A stretch of DNA of 64,000 nucleotides, taken from the NCBI RefSeq assembly GCF_006345805.1, contig NC_043019.1:4339360-4403359 (forward strand). The letters are read 5' to 3'. The notes below the pieces were generated by a model. It had not been told where the DNA came from. It saw only the letters and a program-made list of their open reading frames with translations, and searched no databases. Origin of the DNA: Octopus sinensis (Eukaryota). Every line of letters starts with the position of its first letter. Position 1 is the first letter of the stretch. Positions 52,229 through 63,555 of this stretch are shown here, one piece after another. The position numbers and the translations under genes were made by a program.

Positions 52229-52327
52229 CTGATAGAACTGTCTGTAAAGTGGTCTATCATAAAAGCTTTCTGATGAAAATTCTTCATTCACATTCTGGAT
52301 CTCATAGTAAAGCTCCGCATCCTCAAA
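52229..52327 (-). CDS. Coding exon of CCDC17-like gene (FEDAELYYEIQNVNEEFSSESFYDRPLYRQFYQ)
   Basis: TTTCTTACAG acceptor, CAG|GTAAGT donor, 99 nt, phase 0-0. Resembles the recalled CCDC17 AELFLRLVN...EYQYP segment. Confidence 0.8.
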
Positions 52328-52971
52328 CTGTAAGAAATAACAGCACTTTGTAAGCACAAGTACAAGGAAATACTGGAGAGATGGAAGAGAACAGATTCTG
52401 TCTGGAGTTGGCCGTAATGAAATTTAAACTCAGTACATGAAAAGAAGTAACTATAACCAGTTATTTGGTTGCTCTACCAAATCTGCACAAACTTCTACAT
52501 TAATAGAGTAGGTGGTAAAGAAATAGGTATTTCATCTGCTGCTACGTTCTGAGTTCAAATTCTGCCGAGGTCGACTTTGCCTTTCATCCTTTTGGGGGTC
52601 GATTAAATAAGTACCAGTTATGAACTGGTGTCGATATAATCGACTTAATCCGTTTGTCTGTCCTTGCTTGTCCTCTCTGTGTTTAGCCCCTAGTGGGTAA
52701 TAAAGAAATAAAATTTAATTCTCATCAGTAATGCTTTCTCCATTGCAGGTGGTGAAGTTAATTTCTACCCCATCAGTATATATAGATTTTATCATTGGTG
52801 GGGAGGTTATCTCCCCTGTCAGAAAATAGAAAATGTGCTTTCTGCAACTACAGAGTTCTTTGACTCTTATTTCTAGCAATGTTGGTGCTCCTTCCACCCT
52901 TCATCACATTTTAGTGACGATGAATTATTTCCTTTTTGGTTTTAAATTGTGTCTGGTCACCATCATTATTT

Positions 52972-53002
<31 letters not shown>

Positions 53003-53564
53003 GTATATATTTGTGTGTGTGTGTCTATGTTTGTCATCATATACATATATACATGCTTATATATACACACACACACACACGTTATGTCTCCATAACTTAG
53101 CAGTTTAGCAAAAAACGACTGATAGAATAAGTACTAAGCTTCAAAAATATTAGCACTGAGATCAATTTGCTTGACTAAAATTCTTGAAGGTGTTGCTCCA
53201 GCATGGCCACAGTCTAATGACTGAAACAAATAAATTGCAAAAGATTAAAAGATAAATTAACGCTATAACAATAACAACAACAACAACAGCAGAAGCAGAA
53301 GCAGAAGTAGTAGCAGCAGCAGTAGCAGCAGCAGCAGCAGAAGTATCCCCGACTTCCTACGCAACCGCTGAGCCTGGATGTGTATTCATCCATCCGCCGA
53401 TGCTCTCGGTGTCAGGGGTTGACTTGCTTTCTCTTTTGCGGGTTTTACGAATAGCAAAGGACCACGTTTTGGACTTCTCCCATTACTTGCGAGCTCTGGG
53501 ACGAAGACCACTACGCTCAACAAACAAATAAACAAAGCAGCAGCAGCCACTTCCAGAAACATAC

Positions 53565-53784
53565 CTGGTTCCGTGCTTCGAATTCAGCTGCCGAAAGCTT
53601 AGCGTTGATGGGGAGTGTCTTTAGGGGGACACTGAATTTTCCAAGCTGTGGCTGATGGTATCTATTGAAGAGATGAATCCGTGTCCAGGCCTGGGTATAC
53701 AGACTGTTCCGTTCTGGTGATTGACTGGTGTTCATGGCAATTTGAACCTCAACCACAACACACAGTTTGGAACTGTAGATCTTT
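53565..53784 (-). CDS. Coding exon of CCDC17-like gene (KIYSSKLCVVVEVQI...AWTRIHLFNRYHQPQLGKFSVPLKTLP...ARNQ)
   Basis: Long pyrimidine tract with CTAG acceptor, CAG|GTATGT donor, 220 nt, phase 2-0 matching the upstream exon. Resembles the recalled CCDC17 LVLELQ...GW..L.LFD...GRW.LPLRALP segment. Confidence 0.8.
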
Positions 53785-54316
53785 CTAGATGGAAAAAGGG
53801 AAAAAAAAGGAAATGTATAAATGGAGAAACTGAGAGACAAGTAGATAGGTGAGGATAGACAGGTAAAAGAGGAGAAGGAAAGATTTGCGTTGCAATCTTC
53901 TAGGAACCTTGTCTTGTACTGTTCAAAATTGAAGGATCAAATGGGCATCTTCTCATAGAAATAAACATGTGATAAACATAGAAATAAACAAGGCATAGGA
54001 GTGGCTGTGTGGTAAGTAGCTTGTTTACCAACCACATGGTTCCGGGTTCAGTCCCACAGCATAGCACCTTGGGCAAGTGTCTTCTACTATAGCCCCAGGC
54101 CGACCAAACCTTGTGAGTGGATTTGGTAGACAGAAACTGAAAGAAGCTCGTCGTATATATGTATATATAAATGCTGACTGCGTGTGTACCGTTGGCGATT
54201 TTTTTGGTCCATGAGGACCAACATTCAAAGATCATGCTACCAGTAGCAGGCATGACTACAATAAAGAAAATAAAGATACAGAAAAACAAAAAAATCAGGG
54301 AAAGAATTCAAAATAA

Positions 54317-54994
54317 GGATCTTTACCTTTTGACCGACAGATATAAAAAATAAATTTAGTAACTAAGCACGTTCAAACTTCGGACACTGGTAGAATGTGT
54401 CATATAAAACATCTTTTACTCCAAGCATTTTTGAGAAAAACTTATATTTATGAAGTTATTTCACGTTAAAGTTGTCGTATTTCGGTAATTTCAACCAATG
54501 AATGATGTGTATTCAGCTGAATAAAATTACTGCTGTTGTTTGTCAACAAGAACTTCCAGCGGTGTATATTTCGTTTGTCACTGTTATTTATGGCAACCTT
54601 AGCCCTAAAACCCTAACCCTAACCCTAAAACCTTAACCCTAACCCTAACCTTTAAACCCTAACCTTAAAACCCTAACCCTAAAGCCTTAACCCTAAAACC
54701 CTAACCCTAAAAACTTAAAACCCGTACAAACGCACGAACGATTTCATAAATAAGAGTGACAAACAAAAAATACACCGTATTAATTTTATTCAGCTGAATA
54801 CACGTCATTGATTGGTTGAAATTACCGAAATAGGACAACTTTAACACGAAATAACTTTGAAAATATAAACTTTTCACAAAAATGCTAAGAGTAAAAGATG
54901 TTTTATATGACACATTCTAACAGTGTCCGAAGTTTGAAAGTGTTTAGTTGCAAAAATTTAATTTTTAAATCTGTCGGTCAAAAGGTAAAGACCC
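54317..54994. mobile_element. Foldback DNA transposon, ~250-280-bp TIRs, central (CCCTAA)n-like array, 8-bp TSD
   Basis: Ends GGATCTTTACC / GGTAAAGACCC, flanked by CAAAATAA at 54309-54316 and 54995-55002. Confidence 0.85.
54603..54722. repeat. Degenerate telomere-like (CCCTAA)n array
   Basis: CCCTAA, CCCTAAAA and CCTTAA units. Confidence 0.85.
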
Positions 54995-55168
54995 CAAAAT
55001 AAAACAAAGCAAACATAACTGTGAAGAAGAACATGAACAAGAATGCTGCAATGATAGGGGTTAGTAGGTAGAGGCCTACAAGCCCTTATGTCTGTGCTAT
55101 TTTCAGATAAAGAGAAAACTTTGCATGACCCACAGCACAAAGATTGTCCTGTGTATAGGGAATAATAC

Positions 55169-55396
55169 CTGGGCACTATCTGCTTGTTCACAAACGTTGC
55201 AAATCCTTGGTATTTGACGTTGTTCTGTCCGTCTTGCCATTTGTTGCGATAATCACAGACCACCGTTGGAGACATGGTAAGGTCTTCCTCTGCACTGACT
55301 GAACTGGTGCCATTAAACCAGTGTAAGAGCAGCCGACAAATGGTAGCCTCTTCTGGTAGGCCATCAATGAAGTTGTATTGAATGTAGAGACCATCC
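55169..55396 (-). CDS. Coding exon of CCDC17-like gene (DGLYIQYNFIDGLPEEATICRLLLHWFNG...ATFVNKQIVPR)
   Basis: TTCTTCAG acceptor, AG|GTATTA donor, 228 nt, phase 2-2. The peptide resembles the recalled CCDC17 motifs GFVIFYDFL.GL and KQPVPR. Confidence 0.75.
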
Positions 55397-55796
55397 CTGA
55401 AGAATTTTGATGAAGACAAAAATTACACAGAGTAACAAAATTTTTTTTTTTTGGGGGGGGGGGGTCAGAAAGTGTTACTTCCTGTTTGTTTCTGTCTAGA
55501 AATCAAAGGAAATGACTACTATTCCCTTCACACTTTGTTTTCATGATCTCTTTTACTCTTTTACTTGTTTCAGTCATTTGACTGTGGCCAAGCTGGAGCA
55601 CTGTCTTTAGTCGAGCAAATTGACCCCAGGACTTATTCATTGTAAGCCTAGTACTTATTCTATCGGTCTCTTTTGCCAAACCACTAAGTTACGGGGACGT
55701 AAACACACCAGCATCGGTTGTCAAGCAATGTTGGGGGGGACAAACACTGACGCACAAATGCATACATACACACATACATATATAGATATATATATC

Positions 55797-56830
55797 ATCA
55801 TCATCATCATCATCATCATTTAACGTCCGCTTTCCATGCTAGCATGGGTTGGACGGTTCAACTGGGGTCTGGGGAGCCCGAAAGCTGCACCAGTCCAGTC
55901 AGATCTGGCAGTGTTTCTACAGCTGGATGCCCTTCCTAACGCCAACCACTCCGAGAGTGTAGTGGGTGATTTTATGTGCCACCGACACAGGTGCCAGACG
56001 AGGCTGGCAGACGGCCACGCTCGGATGGTGATTTTTATGTGCCACGACACAGGTGCCAGATGAGGCTGGCAAACGGCCACGCTCGGATGGTGTTTTTATG
56101 TGCCACCGACACAGGTGCCAGACGAGGCTGGCAGACGGCCACGCTCGGATGGTGTGATTTTTATGTGCCACCGACACGGTGCCAGGACGAGGCTGGCAGA
56201 CGGCCACGCTCGGATGGTGATTTTTATGTGCCACCGACACAGGTGCCAGATGAGGCTGGCAGACGGCCACGCTCGGATGGTGATTTTTATGTGCCACCGA
56301 CACAGGTGCCAGACGAGGCTGGCAGACGGCCACGCTCGGATGGTGATTTTTATGTGCCACCGACACAGGTGCCAGATGAGGCTGGCAAACGGCCACGATC
56401 GGATGGTGCTTGTTACGTGCCCACAGCACAGAGGCCAGTCGATGCGGTACCGGCTACGCCACGTTCGGATGGTTTTCTGTGTGCCACGTGCCACCGGCAC
56501 TGGTACCACAAGATACAAATTCCATTGATGTTCATCTTATTTATTTTTGATTTGTTTTGATTTTGATTTTCACTTGCCTCAACAGGTCTTCACAAGTGTC
56601 ACAAGAAGGAAGGTATCACAGGTGGACTGACTACGTCCCAGGTAGGGGCCATGGGTTATGGCCTGACTAGTCTTGCCGGGTCTTCGGATGGTTTTTTATG
56701 TGCCACCGACACAGGTGCTAGATGAGGCTAGCGAACGGCCACGATCGGATGGTGTTTGTCATGTGCCCACCGCACTGACTACAGCACTGATGGATTTCTT
56801 GTGTGCCACAGGCACTGGTACCACAAGATA
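55797..56830 (-). mobile_element. RTE 3' UTR with expanded ~62-bp minisatellite
   Basis: (ATC)n tail at 55797 and about 7 units of TTTATGTGCCACCGACACAGGTGCCAGACGAGGCTGGCAGACGGCCACGCTCGGATGGTGA. Confidence 0.8.
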
Positions 56831-56859
56831 CAATTCATATATATAATATATATTATATC

Positions 56860-57075
56860 GAACGTGGCCGATGCCAGGCCCCTCTGGCACCTGTGCAGGT
56901 GGCACGTAAAAAACACCACTACACTCACGGAGTTGGGCGTTAGGAGGGCATCCAGCTGTAGAAACACTGCCAAACTAGACTGGAGCTGGGGCAGTCCCGA
57001 GCTCCCCAGACCCGGTCGAAACCGTCCAACCCGTGCTAGCGCGGAAAACGGACGTTAAACGATGATGATGATGAT
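56860..57075 (+). mobile_element. RTE 3' UTR fragment
   Basis: Same tail as 48640-48890, inverted relative to 55797-55970. Confidence 0.8.
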
Positions 57076-57140
57076 ATATATATATATATATAATATATAT
57101 CTATATATATATATATTTATATTTATACATATATATATAT

Positions 57141-57555
57141 TGGCGCAGGAGTGGCTGTGTGGTAAGTAGCTTGCTAACCAACCACATGGTTCCGGGTTCA
57201 GTCCCACGGGTGGCATCTTGGGCAAGTGTCTTCTGCTATAGCCCCGGGCCGACCAATGCCTTGTAAGTGGATTTGGTAGACGGAAACTGAAAGAAGCCGT
57301 GTCGTATATTGTATATATATGTTGTGTGTGTTTTTTGTGTTTGTCCCTCTAGCATTGCTTGACAACGATGCTGGTGTGTTTACGTCCCGTCACTTAGCAG
57401 TTCGGCAAAAGAGACCGATACAATAAGTACTGGGCTTACAAAGAATAAGTCCTGGGGTCGATTTGCTCGACTAAAGGCAGTGCTCCAGCATGGCCGCAGT
57501 CAAATGACTGAAACAAGTAAAAGAGAGAGTAAAAAGAGTAAAAAAGAGTAAAGAG
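57141..57555 (+). mobile_element. SINE family A
   Basis: Full-length copy. A split minus-strand copy lies at 55551-55790 (tail) and 57590-57759 (head). Confidence 0.85.
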
Positions 57556-58119
57556 TAAAAAGTATATTATATATTATATATATACACTACATACGACAGG
57601 CTTCTTTCAGTTTCGTCTACTACCAAATCTACTCACAAGGCTTTGGTCGGCCCGAGGCTATAGTAGAAGACACTTGCCCAAGGTGCCACGCAGTGGGACT
57701 GAACCCGGAACCATGTGGTTAGTAAGCAAGCTACTTACCACACAGCCACTCCTACGCCTATAAAGTACGAAAGCAAAGTCGACCTCAGTGGAATTTGAAC
57801 TCAGAATGTAAAGACAGACGAAATACTGCTAAGCATTTTGCCTGGCGTGCTACCATTTCTGCCAGCTTGCCTGGACAATGTTTTGAAACTTTACCTATTT
57901 TCCATTACATTTCAGACAGATTCAGCACTGAGTTGCTCAAGCAGAAATATCATTGTAGCAAATATTCTACTCAATACCACAAATTTGCTTGTCAGTTGCT
58001 TGACCTTAACCACTTGAGCATATTTCATAGTGGCTGACAATATGTGCATCTTTGACCATGAGCAGGGATAGTGAGGGAGCACCATAGCCATGTGTTGAGA
58101 ACCATAACACATCGTCTCT

Positions 58120-58198
58120 TTTTAACCAAATCCAATGGTTAGCCTTCTCCACTGTGGTTTTAACCAAATCCAATGGTTAGCCTTCTCCACTGTGGTTT
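58120..58198 (+). repeat. 38-bp exact tandem duplication
   Basis: TTTTAACCAAATCCAATGGTTAGCCTTCTCCACTGTGG occurs twice. Confidence 0.9.
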
Positions 58199-58323
58199 GG
58201 ATATCGGTCATGGTGGTATTTACTTTACGATGGAGTTAGGCCTAACGATAACAACAGTTGTCTCCCCCACACACATACACAATGCTTTGGGCATATAAAG
58301 AAACCATAAAAGAAGTAACGTAC

Positions 58324-58370
58324 CTGCTTGACTGACTGTACATGCTTTCTTTGCCTGGCTTCACGACTAT
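58324..58370 (-). CDS. Candidate small exon (IVVKPGKESMYSQSS-R) of CCDC17-like gene
   Basis: Strong CAG|GTACGT donor but weak AATAG acceptor. Phase 0 start and phase 2 end bridge exons 61314-61456 and 55169-55396 exactly. Confidence 0.4.
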
Positions 58371-58757
58371 CTATTTATTATAAAACACGATAAATCATTA
58401 CTGTTGTCACATTATTAGTTGAGACAGTTTTGGATGGATGTAGTGGTGGTGGTGTAGTGGTGGTGGTGGTGGTGGTGGTGGTGGCGGTGGCGATGGTAGT
58501 GTTGGTGTTGGTGTTGGTGATGGTGGTGATGATGGTGGCGATGGTAGTGTTGGTGTTGGTAGTGTTGGTGAATGTGGCGATGGTGGTGGTGATGGTGGTG
58601 GTGGTGGTGGTGTTGGTGGTGGCGGCGGCGGCGATGAGAGTGTTGGTGTTGGTGGTGGTGGTAATGGCATTGGTGGTGATAATGATACTAATGGACATGC
58701 TGGTGTTGATATTGATACAAAACACACACACATACACATCAACACCTCGACACACAC

Positions 58758-58791
<34 letters not shown>

Positions 58792-58886
58792 CGTAGCTTT
58801 TAATGATATTGCTATCAAAGTTGACTCTGATTTAGGAACACAACATTATTATTCTTCATACCAGTAAATTAAAAAAAAACAACAAT

Positions 58887-59288
58887 AGGCGTAGGAGTGG
58901 CTGTGTGGTAAGTAGCTTGCTTACCAACCACATGGTTCTGGGTTCAGTTCCACTGCGTGGCACCTTGGGCAAGTGTCTTCCACTATAGCCTCAGGCCGTC
59001 CAAAGCCTTGTAAGTGGATTTGGTAGATGGAAACTGAAAGAAGCCTGTTGTATATAGGTATATAAAAATATATATGTATGTGTGTCTGTGTTTGTCCCCT
59101 CAACATTGCTCGACAACCGATGCTGGTGTGTTTACGTCCCCGTAACTTAGCAGTTCTGCAAAAGAGACCGATAGAATAAGTACTGGGCTTACAAAGAATA
59201 AGTGCCGGGGTCGATTTGCTTGACTAAAGGCGGTGCTCCAGCATGGCCGCAGTCAAATGACCGAAATAAGTAAGAGAGTAAAAGAGTA
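58887..59288 (+). mobile_element. SINE family A
   Basis: Full-length copy. Confidence 0.85.
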
Positions 59289-59628
59289 ATAAAATCATGG
59301 ACAATGTAGGATTAACCCTCAAACCCTCTTTCTAAGGCCAGCAATTTGAAGAGGAGTGTGTTAGTTGATTAAATTGCTCTCAGCTATTTGTCTTCAGTGT
59401 TTAATATTCCTAAGCATCTTCCATATACACGAACTGTGTTCCTGTTAATTTTCCTGTGATACCACTACTGTACCTTTTGTGTGTCCATAGCATGCACTGG
59501 GTACACCATGTGGAATTCCCACCTACACTTTTCCTACATATCAATCAGGATCATTTACCTTATAGACATAGAGTTCTGACAGTTTTTTTTGCTTACTAGA
59601 ACTTTAGTCTTTGTTAAGTTAACTTTAA

Positions 59629-59849
59629 CCTTTTCATTACTGTATTTATTTTGAGATGCTCTGTGTTTCTTTCAATTACTTTAAATATAACAAAGAATTT
59701 AGTAAAATAACTTAGTTATCATTAAGCTAGTGTTAGGAACATAAATTGCGGCTAAGGTTTGGTGGAAGATTTTAATTCAAAACTTATGAAAACAAGGCAT
59801 TTGTACTACAGAGACAGAAGCGGTATCAGCCGAGTTGGTATGAAAAGGG
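59629..59849. mobile_element. piggyBac-type MITE (TTAA TSD)
   Basis: TTAA|CCTTTTCATTAC ... GTATGAAAAGGG|TTAA. Confidence 0.75.
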
Positions 59850-59948
59850 TTAATTTGCAGATTTTGTTTCACATAGTTGTTTGGACTTGTTAGAAATAGC
59901 AGTCAAATCTTGTGCAAATTGAAGACACATTTGACTGAATGTCTTTAA

Positions 59949-60168
59949 CCCTTTCGTTACTGTATTTATTTTGAGATGCTCTGTGTTTCTTTCAATTAAT
60001 TTAAATATAACAAAGAATTTAGTAAAATAACTTAGTTATCATTAAGCTAGTGTTAGGAACATAAATTGTGACTAAGGTTTGGTGAAGGATTTTAATTCAA
60101 AACTAACGAAAACAAGACATTTTACGACAGAGCTAGAGCCGGTTTTGGCCGGGTTAGTAACAAAAGGG
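59949..60168. mobile_element. piggyBac-type MITE (TTAA TSD), second copy
   Basis: TTAA|CCCTTTCGTTAC ... GTAACAAAAGGG|TTAA. Body is similar to 59629-59849. Confidence 0.8.
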
Positions 60169-61313
60169 TTAAGGTCCTTTGGTACCAGGTTTTGTTTCTA
60201 CGTGTAGAATTTCTTTTCTAGTTCTACTACAGATTCCACTATGAGAACAAGGTCATCAGCATACAGTAGTTCCCAATGGTAAAAAAAAACAAAAAAAACA
60301 TTACCCTTTTCAAGCCTAGCCAGGCTCATGGGCCCGGTTTCCCAGTTTCTGTGGCGTATATGTTACCCCCAGCTGGACGGGACACCAGTCCATCGCAGCG
60401 TTACTCTAGAAACAGGAAGAGAGAGTGAGAGAAAGTTGTGGTGAAAGAGTACAACAGGGGTCACCACCACCCCCTGCCGGAGCCTCGTGGTGCTTTTAGG
60501 TGTTTTTGCTCAATAAACACACACAACGCCCGGTCTGGGAATCGAAACCGGGATCCTCCGACTGCGAGCCCGCTGCCCTAACCACTGTGAGTTCCCAATG
60601 GTAGCCAGTTTTAAATTCCTCTGATATAGCCTGTACAATGATGAATAAGAGGAGACTGAGAACTGAGCCCTAGTGAACTCCTACCTGTATTCTGAATTCA
60701 TTGGTGTACTCATTGTAACTCACACCTTACTGACAACACCCCTATATATGGCTCGAACAGCTTCCACAAGAAATTCGTGTACTCCTGGCTTTCTCACAGA
60801 CCATCAGATCACAAAGTGGGGGACTCAGTCAAAGACTCATTCCAAATCAACAAACACCAGGTATAATGGTTTACAACTTGGCTAAATACTTGACCTGCAG
60901 TAAAAAGCATCAGGAGTACTTCTTGTTACCTTCGGTAACAAGGCATCACACCTTGGAGAACTAACTACATATAGTTAGTTTATGTAGTATAGTTATTATT
61001 TTAAAGGTAAATGATAGAGTACATCTTATGGAGTTTCTACCTACACCTTTTCTACAGATCGAGCAGGGGCCATCTACCTGAAGAGATTTACGCTTTGTCT
61101 ACCTTCCTACTTATTAAGATTTTGGTTTTTGCTAGGTTGACTCTAAGGCCCTTCGATTCCACTGATGCTTGTCACTGACTTTTTCTAGCAGATTGTGTGA
61201 CCCCACAGTAAACCCCTTAATTGCTTATCTCTATTCTATCCCAGTTGGTGGGAGAAGTATAATGAACATATCGTGGTGCAACATTAATATCATCAGGGTG
61301 GTATTTTCCTCAC

Positions 61314-61456
61314 CTGACCCCATCGACTCCCAGACACAATCTTATCCAAGTCACGTTGATGTCTTTCCAGTTCTTTCTGTTGTTGAATAATTTCAATCTT
61401 TTGGTGAAGAAGCAACAAATTCTTCCGGTGATCTTTTTCCAGTGTTTCAATGTCAT
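61314..61456 (-). CDS. Coding exon, coiled-coil segment (DIETLEKDHRKNLLLLHQKIEIIQQQKELERHQRDLDKIVSGSRWGQ) of CCDC17-like gene
   Basis: TTTTCAAAG acceptor, CAG|GTGAGG donor, 143 nt (2 nt + 47 codons), open frame with heptad-like L/I and E/Q/K content. Confidence 0.7.
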
Positions 61457-61558
61457 CTTTGAAAATTTATATCGTTGTAGATTTTTGGTGAGAGAAAAAA
61501 GAAATGAATATATTATAATGATAATAAAAATAAACATAATAATAATAAAAATAATAAA

Positions 61559-61593
<35 letters not shown>

Positions 61594-61598
61594 TGATG

Positions 61599-61632
<34 letters not shown>

Positions 61633-61649
61633 TAATAATAATAATAATA

Positions 61650-61695
<46 letters not shown>

Positions 61696-61722
61696 GTGAT
61701 AATAATAATAATAATAATAATG

Positions 61723-61777
<55 letters not shown>

Positions 61778-62139
61778 TATTAATAAAAATGCCTTGATGC
61801 AGTACCAGGCAGTGGCTTCTTATCTTAACTGATTGGATGTGTTATCATGTACATTGTTCTGTCTTGGTATAAAAGATGGGCTACAGCAAATATTCTGCTC
61901 AATACCAGATTTGCTTGTCGGTTGTTTGACCGTAACCAGTTGAGCATGTCCCTTAGTGACTGACGATATGTGCATCTCTGATCACGAGCAGAAGTAGTGG
62001 GGGAGCATCATAGCCATGTGTTGAGAGGGATTCTTTGGGGTTTGAATAATTCACCTCTGGAAACAGGGGTGGTTCATTCAACATCCTTAAACAACCCTTA
62101 TTTAGGGACCTTTTGAGTGGGATGGGCTACTTTCGATCG

Positions 62140-62383
62140 GGTTTCATGGCAAAAAATTCATCAAGGTATCTTTTTACGTCATCCAAGGAATTGAAATTTT
62201 TACCATTAAGACTATTCTGCAGAAACCTGAATAAGTGGAAATCCGAAGGAGTAATATCTGGAGAATATGGAGGGTGGGGTAACACATCCCAGCCAAGCTG
62301 CAGCAATTTTGTCTGGTTCCCAAAGCATCAAGTGCTGAAAATGAACTTTCTTATCTTCCCTTTTAAAGGGTTACAGAATTAAT
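62140..62383 (-). mobile_element. Fragment of the same deleted mariner derivative
   Basis: Reverse complement of about 33300-33540, with the same TGGGAACCAGACAAAA deletion junction. Confidence 0.85.
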
Positions 62384-62399
62384 ACTGGTTATAGGAGCA

Positions 62400-62805
62400 A
62401 AATCCTCGGAGTGTCTGTTTGTGTCCCCAAAGTCCATCCTCTCCTCACTGTGGTGGGGACACTGGCAACGGGTAGAGTCAGAGCTATGCCGTCGAGAACT
62501 TCGGTTCCTGGTAGGGCCACCCAAGGCGGATTTGGTCTGACACCGAGTGGTATTAGGGCCACAACCCGGCAGACGGGGCTCTGGTGAAAATCTTCGGAGT
62601 GTCTGTTTCGACAACCAGCGGCTCTTCGGTCATTCTGTCCCTGCGTCTGCGGACAATCTGCGACAAACAGGATGTCTCTACATGCGGGATTGTTGGGGAC
62701 CGCTTATGAAATCCACATATTCCCACGAAACTTCTTCTAAGGTAGAAGCCGACTCAACCCGCCCAGGGTGAATGTCACCACAAGTACACGTACAAGTACA
62801 AAATC
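62400..62805 (+). mobile_element. Unclassified element ending in the 3' tail of the 32332 RTE
   Basis: Shares GACTCAACCCGCCCAGGGTGAATGTC.CCACAAGTAC. The upstream body has an internal repeat AATCYTCGGAGTGTCTGTTT at 62401 and 62588. Confidence 0.5.
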
Positions 62806-63174
62806 AGTCAACCACAAGCCTCTTCAACCTTAATTCGCAACATGAATGTAGAGTGAAGTAAAGATACCTCCTCAAGTCATACTGACACATAGGGGCCAAT
62901 TTCCTGGTGTTATGGAGTATGTATTTCCCACCTGGATGGGACACCGGTCCACCGCAGGGTTACTCAGTTTTACAAGCTGACTCGACTGGAACAAAGTGAA
63001 AATGAAGTGTTTTGCTCAAGAACACAATGCATCGCCCACTCCAGGAATTGAAATCGCAATCTTGTGATCAGGAGTCCAACACCCTAACCACTAGGCTATG
63101 TGCCTCCACAAAAAGTTAGCTTCTCAAATCATACCAACTCATAAGGGCCAGTTTCTTGATGTCATGGCATATAA

Positions 63175-63555
63175 GGAAGCACTCCGTCGGTTACGACGAT
63201 GAGGGTTCCGGTTGATCCGATCAACAGAACAGCCTGCTCGTGAAATTAACATGTAAGTGGCTGAGCACTCCACAGACACGTGCACCCTTAACATAGTTCT
63301 CGGGGATATTCAGCGTGACACAGAGAGTGACAAGGCCGGCCCTTTGAAATACAGGTACAACAGAAACAGGAAGTAAGAGTGAGAGAAAGTTGTGGTGAAA
63401 AAGTACAGCAGGGATCACCACCATCCCTGCCGAAGCCTCGTGGAGCTTTTAGGTGTTTTCGCTCAATAAACACTCACAACGCCCGGTCTGGGAATCGAAA
63501 CCGCGATCCTACGACCGCGAGTCCGCTGCCCTAACCACTGGGCCATTGCGCCTCC
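63175..63555 (-). mobile_element. SINE family B
   Basis: Near-identical to 16719-17100. Confidence 0.85.

Larger units (their letters stand above)
59380..61290 (-). mobile_element. Degenerate RTE RT fragments interrupted by MITEs and a SINE
   Basis: GVH.GS.LSPLLFII, WELLYADDLVL, LKVNLTKTKVLVS and WPCSICRKGVGRNSI remnants. Confidence 0.75.

Noticed and set aside
52715-52830. Minus-strand acceptor with short ORF GDNLPPMIKSIYTDG...
   Set aside because: Its phase is incompatible with the flanking exons, which already join in frame, and it ends in a stop.
55971-56480. CRISPR-like regular array
   Set aside because: The units are contiguous with no unique spacers, there are no cas genes, and the context is eukaryotic.
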